Assembly (NCBI GenBank): GCA_041483195.1
Contig: JBGPFC010000003.1
Location: 96,001-160,000, forward strand
Direction: 5' to 3'
DNA: 64,000 nt
Source of the DNA: Candidatus Eiseniibacteriota bacterium
GTDB taxonomy: Bacteria > Eisenbacteria > RBG-16-71-46
Part shown: positions 49,601 to 57,695 of the stretch, piece after piece
How the letters are laid out: every line of letters starts with the position of its first letter
How positions within the stretch are numbered: position 1 is the stretch's first letter
Notes under the pieces: model-generated
What the model saw: the letters and a program-made list of their open reading frames with translations, nothing else
What the model was told of the DNA's origin: nothing
Databases searched by the model: none
Program-made: the position numbers and the translations under genes

Positions 49601-49661
49601 GCCGTTGCTGCTGGTCGTGCTGCCCGCGCTGCTCGCGCGCTGCGGCCGGCCCGCCAGGTGA
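46647..49661 (+). CDS. RND efflux permease (CusA/CzcA/AcrB superfamily)
   Basis: GTGA overlap; P.VTFPRI, VTRPLE, NMMTLGGIAAAVGLVLDDAIVVLE, FLPEMDEG, RARPVLMTT, PLALAVVGG. Confidence 0.93.
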   Translation: MIGAFDFLRAQRRALLFTICCLAALGVAAGLTLPAAILPEVTFPRITVIADSGERPGDEMMRAVTRPLEQAVRRVPGVREIRSITSRGSTEINIDCAWGTNMELALQRVQAGIGAARERLPAGTAVDARLMNPALFPVLGYSLTSDRMSLAELRDFAVMRLQPELARLPGVAEVIVQGGRRFEARVALDPATLEARGLDAASVADAIRRAGELESVGLLDANRQLYLGLADARPLDLASLSAMPIPVEGGPPVPLGALGRVSLEEAPEFTRYAAQSGEAVLVNLLRQPSASTIRLADESRRWLAEHRAALPPGVRIQTFYDQSELVRASLGSVEESLLIGALMAIAVVALFLGSLRMGLGGALVLPGSIALTLLGFALAGQSLNMMTLGGIAAAVGLVLDDAIVVLEHLAHRASYGEAFAGVSVAMAEILPSAVGSSLCTIAIFAPFMWLGGVAGAFFKVLALAMALMLAASLLLCVAVLPLVVRPHTKPPRPPRAGPGRLGAIARYATTHAWVGIVTPLVLILAIVPLQATLGTGFLPEMDEGSLIMDFFSPPGTSLTETDRMLRQVEKSIDATPEVEAWSRRTGDQLGFFVTEPNHGDYVLKLRARRTRDAEAVADDLRGRIAASQPQLEIEFGQLVEDVIGDLTTNPQPVEVRLFGEDRALMRTRAEDVARILSNVRGVVDVKSGIVESGPNVSIHPSAAAARLGLGIDDLARAVTPSVAGLDAGQIVRGARAWPVRVTLSGLAGATRPDALADVRVPVARGQWRRLGDLSTLRIEAGETEIARDDQRTMIPVTARLSGRDLGSAMTEIQRVVRQGLALAPGMTVRYAGLWEEQQSSFRELAAVLFAAAAAVLLILLAAFRSWRMSGALMVVVVASLCGVFVALHAGGATFNISSFVGAIMMVGVVSENGYFLVAAHRAALRDGAAPSAAAEAAARRRARPVLMTTAAGVAALAPLALGIGSGSALLRPLALAVVGGFLNSAPLLLVVLPALLARCGRPAR

Positions 49662-49677
49662 TGCCGGGACCCATCGC

Positions 49678-50352
49678 ATGCGAATCCTCGTGATCGAAGA
49701 CAGCGCCCCCACCCGCGAGCTGATCGAGCGCTCGCTCGAGGCGGCCGGCCACACGCTCGCGACCGCCGCGCGGGTCTCGACCGGGCGGGCGCTCGCGCTG
49801 CGCGGCGCGTTCGACGTGATCGTGCTCGACGTGATGCTGCCCGACGGCAGCGGGCTCGAGCTGTGCCGCGAGCTGCGCGCGCTCGACCTCGCCACCCCGA
49901 TCCTGTTCCTCACCGCGCGCGGCGAGGTGGGCGATCGCATCGAGGGCCTCGACGCGGGCGGCGACGACTACCTGCGCAAGCCGTTCGCGATCGCCGAGCT
50001 GGTCGCGCGGGTGCGCGCGCTGGGGCGGAGGCAGGGCCGCTCCGCGCCCGCCAGCGTGCGCTGGACCGGCCTCTCGATCGACTTCGCGGCGCGGCGTCTG
50101 AAGCGCGGGGCGGACGAGATCCCGCTCACCGCGCGCGAGTGGGCGGTGCTCGATGCGCTCGCGGCTCGGGCGGGGCGGGTCGTGACGCGCGACGATCTGC
50201 TCGAGAGCGCGTGGGGCGAGACCAGCGAGGCGGCGTCCGAGAGCCTCGACGTGATCGTGAGCCGGCTGCGCCGCAAGCTCCAGCCGGATGGCGCGCCGCA
50301 TTGCATCCGCACCGTGCGCGGACAGGGCTACGTTTTCGAGGCCCCGGCGTGA
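49678..50352 (+). CDS. OmpR-family response regulator
   Basis: ILVIED, LDVMLPD, LTAR, DDYLRKPF, RLRRKL, IRTVRGQGY. Confidence 0.95.
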   Translation: MRILVIEDSAPTRELIERSLEAAGHTLATAARVSTGRALALRGAFDVIVLDVMLPDGSGLELCRELRALDLATPILFLTARGEVGDRIEGLDAGGDDYLRKPFAIAELVARVRALGRRQGRSAPASVRWTGLSIDFAARRLKRGADEIPLTAREWAVLDALAARAGRVVTRDDLLESAWGETSEAASESLDVIVSRLRRKLQPDGAPHCIRTVRGQGYVFEAPA

Positions 50353-51788
50353 GATCGACCTCGCTGGTCGCGCGACTGACGCTGATCCAGCAGCTGGTCG
50401 CGAGCGTCGTGATCGTGGTGTTCGCGGCCTCTTCGCTGTGGCTCACCGACCGTTCGCTGCGGCGGGCGCAGGAGCGGCAGCTGGCCGAGACCGCGCACCG
50501 GGTCGCGGAGAGCGTCGATCGCGAGTACGCGGAGGAGCGCGATCTGCCCCGGGCCTCGCGGGCGGCGCTCGAAGAGGAGACCGACTCCGGGCTCGGCATC
50601 ATGGTGTACGGCCCGCAGGACACGCTGCTGGCCTCGAACGCGCTCGCGAACCGCACCGGCTACTTTCTTCCGCCGCCGTCCTCGACCGCGCGCGTCATCG
50701 AGCACGGCGGACGGCGCTGGGCGGCCGCGACCGAGTCACACGGCGCGCGGGTCGTCACCTCCATCTCCTATCGCGAGCTGCGCGGCAGCGTGTCCGCGCT
50801 CGCGCGCTCGCTCGCGTGGTGCGCGGTGCCGATCCTGGTCGTCACCTGGTTCGCGAGCCGCTGGACCGCGCGCCGCGCGCTCCGTCCGCTCGCGCAGATG
50901 GACGAGCGAGCGCGCAACGCGGCGGTCGAGGCGGGCGTGACCTCGCTCGGCGGACCGACCGGCATGGCGGAGATCGACCGGCTCGCGGCCTCGTTCGACC
51001 GCCTGCTCGAGCGCCTCGACGGGGTCTTGCGATCGGAACGGCGCTTCACGTCGGAGGCATCGCACGAGCTGCGCACCCCGCTCACCGTGCTGTCGGGCGA
51101 GCTCGAGATGGCGCTCGCGGGCCCGGCGCTGCCGCCGGCCACGCGCGCCGCGCTCGACCGGTCCGCGGCGCAGGTCGATGCGATGCGCGCGCTGGTCGAT
51201 GCGCTGCTGCTGCTGCGCCGCGCCGGCCAGGGCGCGCCCGCCGCCCGGGCCGCGTTCGAGCCCGTGAACCTCTCGGACGTCGCGGCCGAGACCCTGCGCG
51301 CGGCGGCCGCGCGGGCGCCGGGCCGCGCGACGGATCTCGGCCTCGATGCGCCGGACGAGGTCATGGTGTCCGGGCACGCAGCGCTGCTCGCCTCGGCGGT
51401 GGGGAACCTGGTGGACAACGCGCTCAAGTTCACGACCGGATCGACGCGCGTCAGGGTCACGGTCGCGAGCGACGGCGCGATGGCGCGCGTCGTGGTCGAA
51501 GACGGCGGCGCCGGGATTCGCGCAGAGGACCGCGAGCGCGTCTTCGACCCGTTCTTCCGCGGCGCGGAAGCGCGCGCCCACCTCGGTGGCTTCGGGCTCG
51601 GGCTGCCGCTGCTGCGCGAGGTCGCGCGCGCGCACGGCGGGGACGCGACGCTGGACGATTCGCCGCTGGGCGGCGCGCGGTTCACGATGAGCATTCCGGC
51701 TTGGCGCGCCGCGCCCGGTGCGAGTATCGTGGCTCCCCCATGGCGCGCCGCGACAGCCAGCTCCCCCCGCGCGAGCCGCGGGGCCTGA
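50349..51788 (+). CDS. HAMP-containing sensor histidine kinase
   Basis: GTGA overlap; two TMs; ASHELRTPL, NLVDNALKF, DGGAGI, FDPFFR, GFGLGL. Confidence 0.93.
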   Translation: MRSTSLVARLTLIQQLVASVVIVVFAASSLWLTDRSLRRAQERQLAETAHRVAESVDREYAEERDLPRASRAALEEETDSGLGIMVYGPQDTLLASNALANRTGYFLPPPSSTARVIEHGGRRWAAATESHGARVVTSISYRELRGSVSALARSLAWCAVPILVVTWFASRWTARRALRPLAQMDERARNAAVEAGVTSLGGPTGMAEIDRLAASFDRLLERLDGVLRSERRFTSEASHELRTPLTVLSGELEMALAGPALPPATRAALDRSAAQVDAMRALVDALLLLRRAGQGAPAARAAFEPVNLSDVAAETLRAAAARAPGRATDLGLDAPDEVMVSGHAALLASAVGNLVDNALKFTTGSTRVRVTVASDGAMARVVVEDGGAGIRAEDRERVFDPFFRGAEARAHLGGFGLGLPLLREVARAHGGDATLDDSPLGGARFTMSIPAWRAAPGASIVAPPWRAATASSPRASRGA

Positions 51789-51827
51789 CGCCATGAGCAC
51801 TCGGAGGAACGTCTGAGATCCCAGGTG

Positions 51828-53579
51828 ATGCCGCACGCCGCCGGCGCGGCGCTGAGCGCCGTGGATCGGCCGGGCGCGCCGCGAGCCGTCGCGCGCCCGC
51901 GCCTGCACGCGCCGGCCGAGCGCGCCTTCCTGATCGCGGCGCTCGGGGCGCACGCGATCCTGCGCCTGCTCTACGTCTTTCACCACGAGATCAACTCCGA
52001 CGAGCCGCAGCACCTGCACGTGGCGTGGGCGTGGACCTCCGGCCTCTTGCCCTACCGCGACGTGTTCGACAATCACGCGCCGCTGTTCGGCATGCTGAGC
52101 GCGCCGCTCGTGGCGGCGCTCGGCGAGCGCGCCGACATCCTGATCCTGATGCGGATCGCGATGCTCCCGCTGGTGGCGCTCACGCTGTGGGCGACCTGGC
52201 TCATCGCGCGGCGCGCGGCGGCGCCCGCGCTCGCGCCGTGGGCGGTCGCGCTCGCGGCGCTGTCGCCCGGATTCCTGCGCGTATCGGTCGAATACCGCGC
52301 CGATGTGCTGTGGATGACCGCCTGGCTGCTCGCGCTCGCGGTGCTGGTGTCCGGGCGGCTCACCGCAGCGCGCGCGGCGTTCGCGGGGTTGCTGCTCGGC
52401 GTCGCGGTGGGCGTCTCGATGAAGTCCATCCTGCTGCTCGCCTCGCTCGCGGTGGCCGCCGGCATGACGCTCGCGTTGCTCGCGCGGGCCGGATCGAAGC
52501 CGCCGCCGCGCCGGGTCGCCGGCGTGATCGCCGCGCTCGCGGCCGGAACCCTCGCCGTGCCGCTCGCGATCGCCGTGACCTTCGCGGCGCTCGGCGCGTG
52601 GCGGCCGTTCGTGTACTGCATCGGGACTCACAACCTGCTCCCCGAGTTCGGGACCTGGCGAGCCTTGCCCTGGAGGTTCGCGCTCGTCCCGCTCGCGCTG
52701 CCGCTGCTGTGGTTCGGCGGGCGGCTCGCGATGCGGACGGCGCCCACCCCCGCCGATGGCGCGCGCCGCGCGCTGCTGTGGCTCGTGACCGGGATCTACT
52801 TCGTGAGTCTCAACGCCGTGTGGCCGCTCATCACCCGCCAGGACTACCTGCCCGTCACGCCGCTGATCGCGGTGTTGCTGGCGGCCCTGACGCCGGTGTT
52901 CGCGATCGCCGCGCGTGGGATTCGATCGCGGCTCGCGTTCGCCCCCTCCCTCGCGTGGCTCGCGCCGGCCGCGCTGGTCGTGATCGAGACCGTCTCGGTG
53001 ATGCGCGCCGAGCCGCCCTGGCGCGACGGCACCAGCGCCCAGTCCGCGCTGCTCGCCGACGTGCTGCAGCTCACGCGGCCCGGGGATTCCGTGATGGACC
53101 TGAAGGGCGAGACCGTGTTCCGGCCGCGGCCCTTCTACTTCGCGCTCGAAGGCATCACCCGGGCGCGCATCGCGACCGGCCGGCTCCCCGACGACATCGC
53201 GGAGCGCATGATCGCCGCGCACACCCCGGTCGCATTCGCGGACGACGACAACTTTCCGCTGCGCGCCCGCGCGTTCATGAATGCGAACTACATGCGGGCC
53301 GGCAATCTGCGGGTGCTCGGCAAGATGCTGCTCCCCGCGCGCGACGATCGCGACCCCCGGCGTCGCTTCGTGGTGGTGGTGCCGCAGCGATACGCGGTGG
53401 TGTCCGATCGCGGCGCGGCATCGGGCCTGTTGGACGGCACGGCGTACGCCGGGCCGCGGATGCTGGCGGCCGGCCTCCACGTGTTCACGCCGCCCGCCCG
53501 CGACGGCCTGCTCGCGGTCGTGTGGGCGAGTGCGATCGAGCGCGGGTTCTCGCCGTTCGCGGGAAACGAGGGCATCTGA
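51828..53579 (+). CDS. GT-C fold-like polytopic membrane protein (putative glycosyltransferase)
   Basis: NSDEPQHLH.AW, LPYRDVFDNHAPL, EYRAD, many TMs. Start 51825 or 51828. Confidence 0.75.
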   Translation: MPHAAGAALSAVDRPGAPRAVARPRLHAPAERAFLIAALGAHAILRLLYVFHHEINSDEPQHLHVAWAWTSGLLPYRDVFDNHAPLFGMLSAPLVAALGERADILILMRIAMLPLVALTLWATWLIARRAAAPALAPWAVALAALSPGFLRVSVEYRADVLWMTAWLLALAVLVSGRLTAARAAFAGLLLGVAVGVSMKSILLLASLAVAAGMTLALLARAGSKPPPRRVAGVIAALAAGTLAVPLAIAVTFAALGAWRPFVYCIGTHNLLPEFGTWRALPWRFALVPLALPLLWFGGRLAMRTAPTPADGARRALLWLVTGIYFVSLNAVWPLITRQDYLPVTPLIAVLLAALTPVFAIAARGIRSRLAFAPSLAWLAPAALVVIETVSVMRAEPPWRDGTSAQSALLADVLQLTRPGDSVMDLKGETVFRPRPFYFALEGITRARIATGRLPDDIAERMIAAHTPVAFADDDNFPLRARAFMNANYMRAGNLRVLGKMLLPARDDRDPRRRFVVVVPQRYAVVSDRGAASGLLDGTAYAGPRMLAAGLHVFTPPARDGLLAVVWASAIERGFSPFAGNEGI

Positions 53580-54754
53580 TGGGACGCCTGCTCGTTGTCG
53601 AGGCGTCCGACCGCGTCATGGTGCTGGCGCCGCATCCCGACGACGAGTCGCTCGCGACCGGCGGCCTGCTGCTGCGCTCGCGCGCCGCGGGCGCCGCGCG
53701 CCGCGTGGTGTTCCTCACCGACGGCGACAACAATCCCTGGGCGCAGCGCGCCGCCGAGCGCCGTTGGCGGGTGACGGCGGCCGATCGCGTACGGTGGGGC
53801 GAGCGCCGCCGCGGCGAGGTGCTGGCTGCGATCGCGCACCTCGGCCTGTCCGCCCGCTCGGTGCGCTTCATGCGCCATCCCGATCAGGGCCTCACCGAGA
53901 TCCTCATGTCGGGCGGGAGCGAGGTGCTCGACGCGCTGGCTCTCGAGTTCGAGCGGTGGCGCCCCACGATCCTCGCGGCGCCGGCGCTCGACGACCGCCA
54001 TCCCGACCACAGCGCGCTCGCGGTGATGGTGCGCATCGCGCTCGGGCGCATGGACCCGAGGGTGCGCCCGCCCCGCGTGATCGGCTACGCTGTGCACGCC
54101 CGCCGCGACGCCGAACCCGGCCCCGCCGCCCAGATCGATCTCGCGCTCGAGGCGCACGAGCGCGAGCGCAAGCGCCGCGCGATCGAATGCCACGCCACGC
54201 AGCTGCGCCTGCGCCGCGCCGAGCTGCTCGCGTACGCGCGCGAGCGCGAGCCCTTCCGCATCGACGACGATTCGTGCGCCATCGAGGCTTCCCATCCGGT
54301 CCGCGCCGCCGCGCTCGATGGCGAAATGCTGCGCGCGGTGATCGTTCCTCCGGCACGCCTGGGGCTCGGGCCGCGCGCGCTGCTGGTGGCGTGCGAGGCG
54401 TGTGACGGCTCGGTCGCCCGGCTGTCGCTCGATCTCGGCCGCAGGCCCGCGGCGCGCGCGACGCACGGGGGCGGCCCGAACGGGACGCCGGCCTTCGAGA
54501 CCGCGCGCGGCGCGGGCGGAGTGCTTCACGTCGGCCTGCGACTCGGAATCGCGCCGCCTTACGCCGGCGTCTTCCTCAAGCTCGAACGCCCCGCGGAACG
54601 GCGCCTCGGATTGTTCGATCGAGCCGGCTGGCGCGAGGTACCCGGCGGCATCGCCCCTCCAGCGGCCGCGCCGGCCGCGGGGCGCGATGGCGACGCGCTC
54701 GCGGCCGCCACCGCGGCCGCGGCGGCCGCCGCGATGATCGTTCCGCTCTCCTGA
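53579..54754 (+). CDS. PIG-L/LmbE-family deacetylase
   Basis: TGATG overlap; APHPDDE, TDGD, R..E, HPDH, H.TQ. Confidence 0.9.
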   Translation: MGRLLVVEASDRVMVLAPHPDDESLATGGLLLRSRAAGAARRVVFLTDGDNNPWAQRAAERRWRVTAADRVRWGERRRGEVLAAIAHLGLSARSVRFMRHPDQGLTEILMSGGSEVLDALALEFERWRPTILAAPALDDRHPDHSALAVMVRIALGRMDPRVRPPRVIGYAVHARRDAEPGPAAQIDLALEAHERERKRRAIECHATQLRLRRAELLAYAREREPFRIDDDSCAIEASHPVRAAALDGEMLRAVIVPPARLGLGPRALLVACEACDGSVARLSLDLGRRPAARATHGGGPNGTPAFETARGAGGVLHVGLRLGIAPPYAGVFLKLERPAERRLGLFDRAGWREVPGGIAPPAAAPAAGRDGDALAAATAAAAAAAMIVPLS

Positions 54755-54816
54755 TCGACGCGGCGGGGGCATTAGGCCCGCACCGCCGGGGCCGGCCGCG
54801 GCGCTCCAGTCGGCGC

Positions 54817-54844
54817 TGAAGTGCGACGCGCTCGTTGCCGATAA
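54817..54844 (+). promoter_or_regulatory. Sigma28 (FliA/WhiG)-like promoter TGAA-N16-GCCGATAA
   Basis: Perfect -10 octamer in an intergenic region, oriented to the gene at 54912. Confidence 0.45.
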
Positions 54845-54911
54845 CTGAACCCACCACTTCCGGACCGCCGGCCGTGATGCATGGTTCACGCTGACCACGA
54901 GGCTTGAGGAC

Positions 54912-56018
54912 ATGGAACGCATCGTTCGCATCTCGCTGTGGGTGATCTCGATCCTGGTCGTCGCGGGCTATCTGTACGCCGCGATCCCGGGGCTGTTCCG
55001 CGCCGTGCCGGCCGATCCGCTCGATGCTTCGGCGCTCGAGCACGCGGCCCGATTCGCGAGCGGCCAGCCGCCGTTTCGGGAACCCGGTCGCGGACTCGAT
55101 GCGGCCCTGATGCCCGCCTTCCCGTTCGTCCTCTCCGGGCTGGTGCGGATGTTCGATCCGCAAGCCTGGGAACCGCGATTTGTGGTCCTGCTCGCCACCC
55201 TGATGGCGGCGGCGCTGGCGGCCATGGTGGTGCGCGCGGAGACTCGCAGCGCCACGCTGGGCATGGCGAGCGGCGGACTCGTGATCCTCGGACAGTTGCT
55301 CGCCGGTCGTGGCGCGACCCTGTCTGGCCCGGAATCGCTGGGACTGTTGCTCGCGCTCGCCGGGTGCGCGGCCCTGCGGTACGTTCCGAACATCCTCGGC
55401 GCGCTGCTCGCGTCGCTGGCATTCGCCGCGGCCTGCCTCACGCATCCCGCCGGCCTGTGGTTCGCGATGGCCGCGATCTTCCATCTCGCCACCTTCGACC
55501 GCCGGCGTCTGGTGGCGTATGCGCTCGGCCTGCTCGTGCTCACGGGCGGCGGATATGTCGCGCTGTCGCTCACGCTGGGCCCGTGGTTCAACTATCACGC
55601 GTGGGACGTGCCGCTCCGGGCCGTTCGATTCGCGCCCGTCGCGCTGATGCAATACCTCGGCACGCAGCTGCTCGGCACGCTGGGCGTGCTCCTGCTCTCC
55701 GCCGTGCTCGCGTTCGCCATGCCGATCCGGCCGTGGCGCGGCGCCGTGGGCCTGTGGACCTGGATGGCATTCGCAGCGCTCGGCGCCGGAATCGTCGCCA
55801 GTCAGAGCGCGATCGGCGCGGCGGACGCGCTGCGGCCGGTCGTGGTCGCGCTCGCGATCGTCGGCCCGATCTCGATCCAGCGCGTGACGACCCATCTCGC
55901 GGCCTGGCCCGGCTCGAGCCGGCTCGGCGGTCAGGGCGTCGTGCTGACGGCGCTCGCGCTCCAGTTCCTGATGCTCCTCTCCCACGTGACGCGCGCGGTG
56001 CTGGGCATCGGGGCCTGA
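54912..56018 (+). CDS. Hypothetical polytopic membrane protein (weakly GT-C-like)
   Basis: About 10 hydrophobic segments; RBS-like GAGG upstream; no clear catalytic motif. Confidence 0.7.
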   Translation: MERIVRISLWVISILVVAGYLYAAIPGLFRAVPADPLDASALEHAARFASGQPPFREPGRGLDAALMPAFPFVLSGLVRMFDPQAWEPRFVVLLATLMAAALAAMVVRAETRSATLGMASGGLVILGQLLAGRGATLSGPESLGLLLALAGCAALRYVPNILGALLASLAFAAACLTHPAGLWFAMAAIFHLATFDRRRLVAYALGLLVLTGGGYVALSLTLGPWFNYHAWDVPLRAVRFAPVALMQYLGTQLLGTLGVLLLSAVLAFAMPIRPWRGAVGLWTWMAFAALGAGIVASQSAIGAADALRPVVVALAIVGPISIQRVTTHLAAWPGSSRLGGQGVVLTALALQFLMLLSHVTRAVLGIGA

Positions 56019-56152
56019 ATCATCCGAGATCACGGGCCAGGCTCCGGCGCCCGCGCGCCGCGCTCGCGCACCATATTCACTTGGTATTCGGAGTCGTCGC
56101 GGTATCCTCCCGGGCAGTCGACAATCTCCCCACGCTCGACGGAGGAAGCCCG

Positions 56153-56557
56153 ATGCGAACCCTTCAGCGTTGTGTGTGTTTCGCCGCCATTCTGCTGGCG
56201 CTCGCGCTGCCGTCGGGGTGCAAGAAGAAATCCACTGCTCCCGTCAGCCAGCCGGTGATCACGAACAACCCCGGCGACTTCACGTACCAGGACTCGAACA
56301 TGCAGGCCAAGACCGGCGTCGAGTCTTACGCCTGGCCGAGCACCGGCACGAACGTGAGCGTCGACCAGACCAGCACCATCGCGTCCGGACTCATCACGTT
56401 GACGATCCTGGACGCGGCGAGCGCGCAGGTTTACCAGCACTCGCTCTCCGACGCGGGCACCTTCCCCGCCACCGCCGGCACCGCCGGCACGTGGACCATC
56501 CGGATCGACACCGCGCACGCCACCGGCAGGGTCAGCTTCCACGTGCGCAAGATCTAA
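56153..56557 (+). CDS. Small hypothetical lipoprotein
   Basis: GGAGGA RBS; lipobox LPSG-C followed by KKK; Thr/Ser-rich beta domain. Confidence 0.8.
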   Translation: MRTLQRCVCFAAILLALALPSGCKKKSTAPVSQPVITNNPGDFTYQDSNMQAKTGVESYAWPSTGTNVSVDQTSTIASGLITLTILDAASAQVYQHSLSDAGTFPATAGTAGTWTIRIDTAHATGRVSFHVRKI

Positions 56558-56609
56558 ATCGGGTTCGTCCGGGAGCGGCCGTCCGATCTCGCGCGGCGCC
56601 CCTTCACCC

Positions 56610-57695
56610 TCAGGCGCTGCGCTCGTGCCGCCGCAGGGCCTCGCTCACCACCAGCAGGTCGCCGATGTTTTCGAGCGTGAGCAGCCCCACCAGCCGCCCG
56701 CGCTCCAGCACCGGCAGCGCGGTGCGCGCCCGCTCGCGCATGCGGCGCAGCACGGAATCGAGCGGCTCGCCGGCGTCTGCGTATTCCTCGTCGCGCGTGA
56801 TCGCATCGCCGACCGTGGCGCTCGCGCCGTCGCGCTGGAGCGCTCGCACCAGATCCCGGCGGGTGAGCATGCCGACCGGCGCGCCGGCCTCGAGCACCGG
56901 AAAATCCTGCTGATTGCCCGCCATCAGGAAGTCCACGGCGCGCTGCAGCGCGTCGGCCGGGTCCAGCACGTGGAATTCGGTGAGCATCGCGTCGCGGACC
57001 CCGATGCCGGCCAGCGAGAGGCGGTTCTGCACCAGCGCGCGCTCCTCGCCCGCCGCGAGGAACACGAACAGCGCGATCAGCATCAGCATGAAGTTGCCGG
57101 CGAACAGTCCGACCGCGCCGAACCCGAGCGCCACCACCTGTCCGACGCCCGACGCGATGCGGGTCGCCTTCACGTAGGGCAGGCGCATCGCGAGCAACGC
57201 GCGCAGCACGCGGCCGCCGTCCATCGGGAACGCCGGGATCAGGTTGAACACCACCATCGCGACGTTCACCACCAGCAGCGACATGAGGATGCCGCCGTTC
57301 AGGTCGAGCGATTCGACCCGCACGCCGAGCAGCGCGAACACACCCACCAGCGCCGCCGCGATCGCGACGTTCACGAGCGGGCCCGCGATCGCGACGATCA
57401 GCTCCTGCGACGGCTTCTCCGGCATGCGCTCGAGGCGCGCGATGCCGCCGATCGGGAGCAGCACGATGTCGCGGGTGCGGATGCCGTAGCGGCGCGCGGT
57501 GAGGGCGTGGCCCAGCTCGTGGAGCAGCACGCAGCCGAACACCAGCAGCAGCAGCGCTCCGGTCTCGAGCGCTCGGCCGAAGTCGCCGCTCGCGAATCCC
57601 TGGCTCGCGGCCATCCACACCACGAACAGCAGGAACGTGACGTGCAGCTGGATCCGGATCCCCGCGATCCGGCCGATGCCGAACGACCAGCGCAT
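56610..57695 (-). CDS. Site-2 (M50) zinc protease with tandem CBS domains
   Basis: LLHELGH, LPIGGIA, AGPLVN, FNLIPAFPMDGGR, C-terminal CBS pair; TGATG overlap with the ligase. Confidence 0.93.
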   Translation of the reverse strand: MRWSFGIGRIAGIRIQLHVTFLLFVVWMAASQGFASGDFGRALETGALLLLVFGCVLLHELGHALTARRYGIRTRDIVLLPIGGIARLERMPEKPSQELIVAIAGPLVNVAIAAALVGVFALLGVRVESLDLNGGILMSLLVVNVAMVVFNLIPAFPMDGGRVLRALLAMRLPYVKATRIASGVGQVVALGFGAVGLFAGNFMLMLIALFVFLAAGEERALVQNRLSLAGIGVRDAMLTEFHVLDPADALQRAVDFLMAGNQQDFPVLEAGAPVGMLTRRDLVRALQRDGASATVGDAITRDEEYADAGEPLDSVLRRMRERARTALPVLERGRLVGLLTLENIGDLLVVSEALRRHERSA

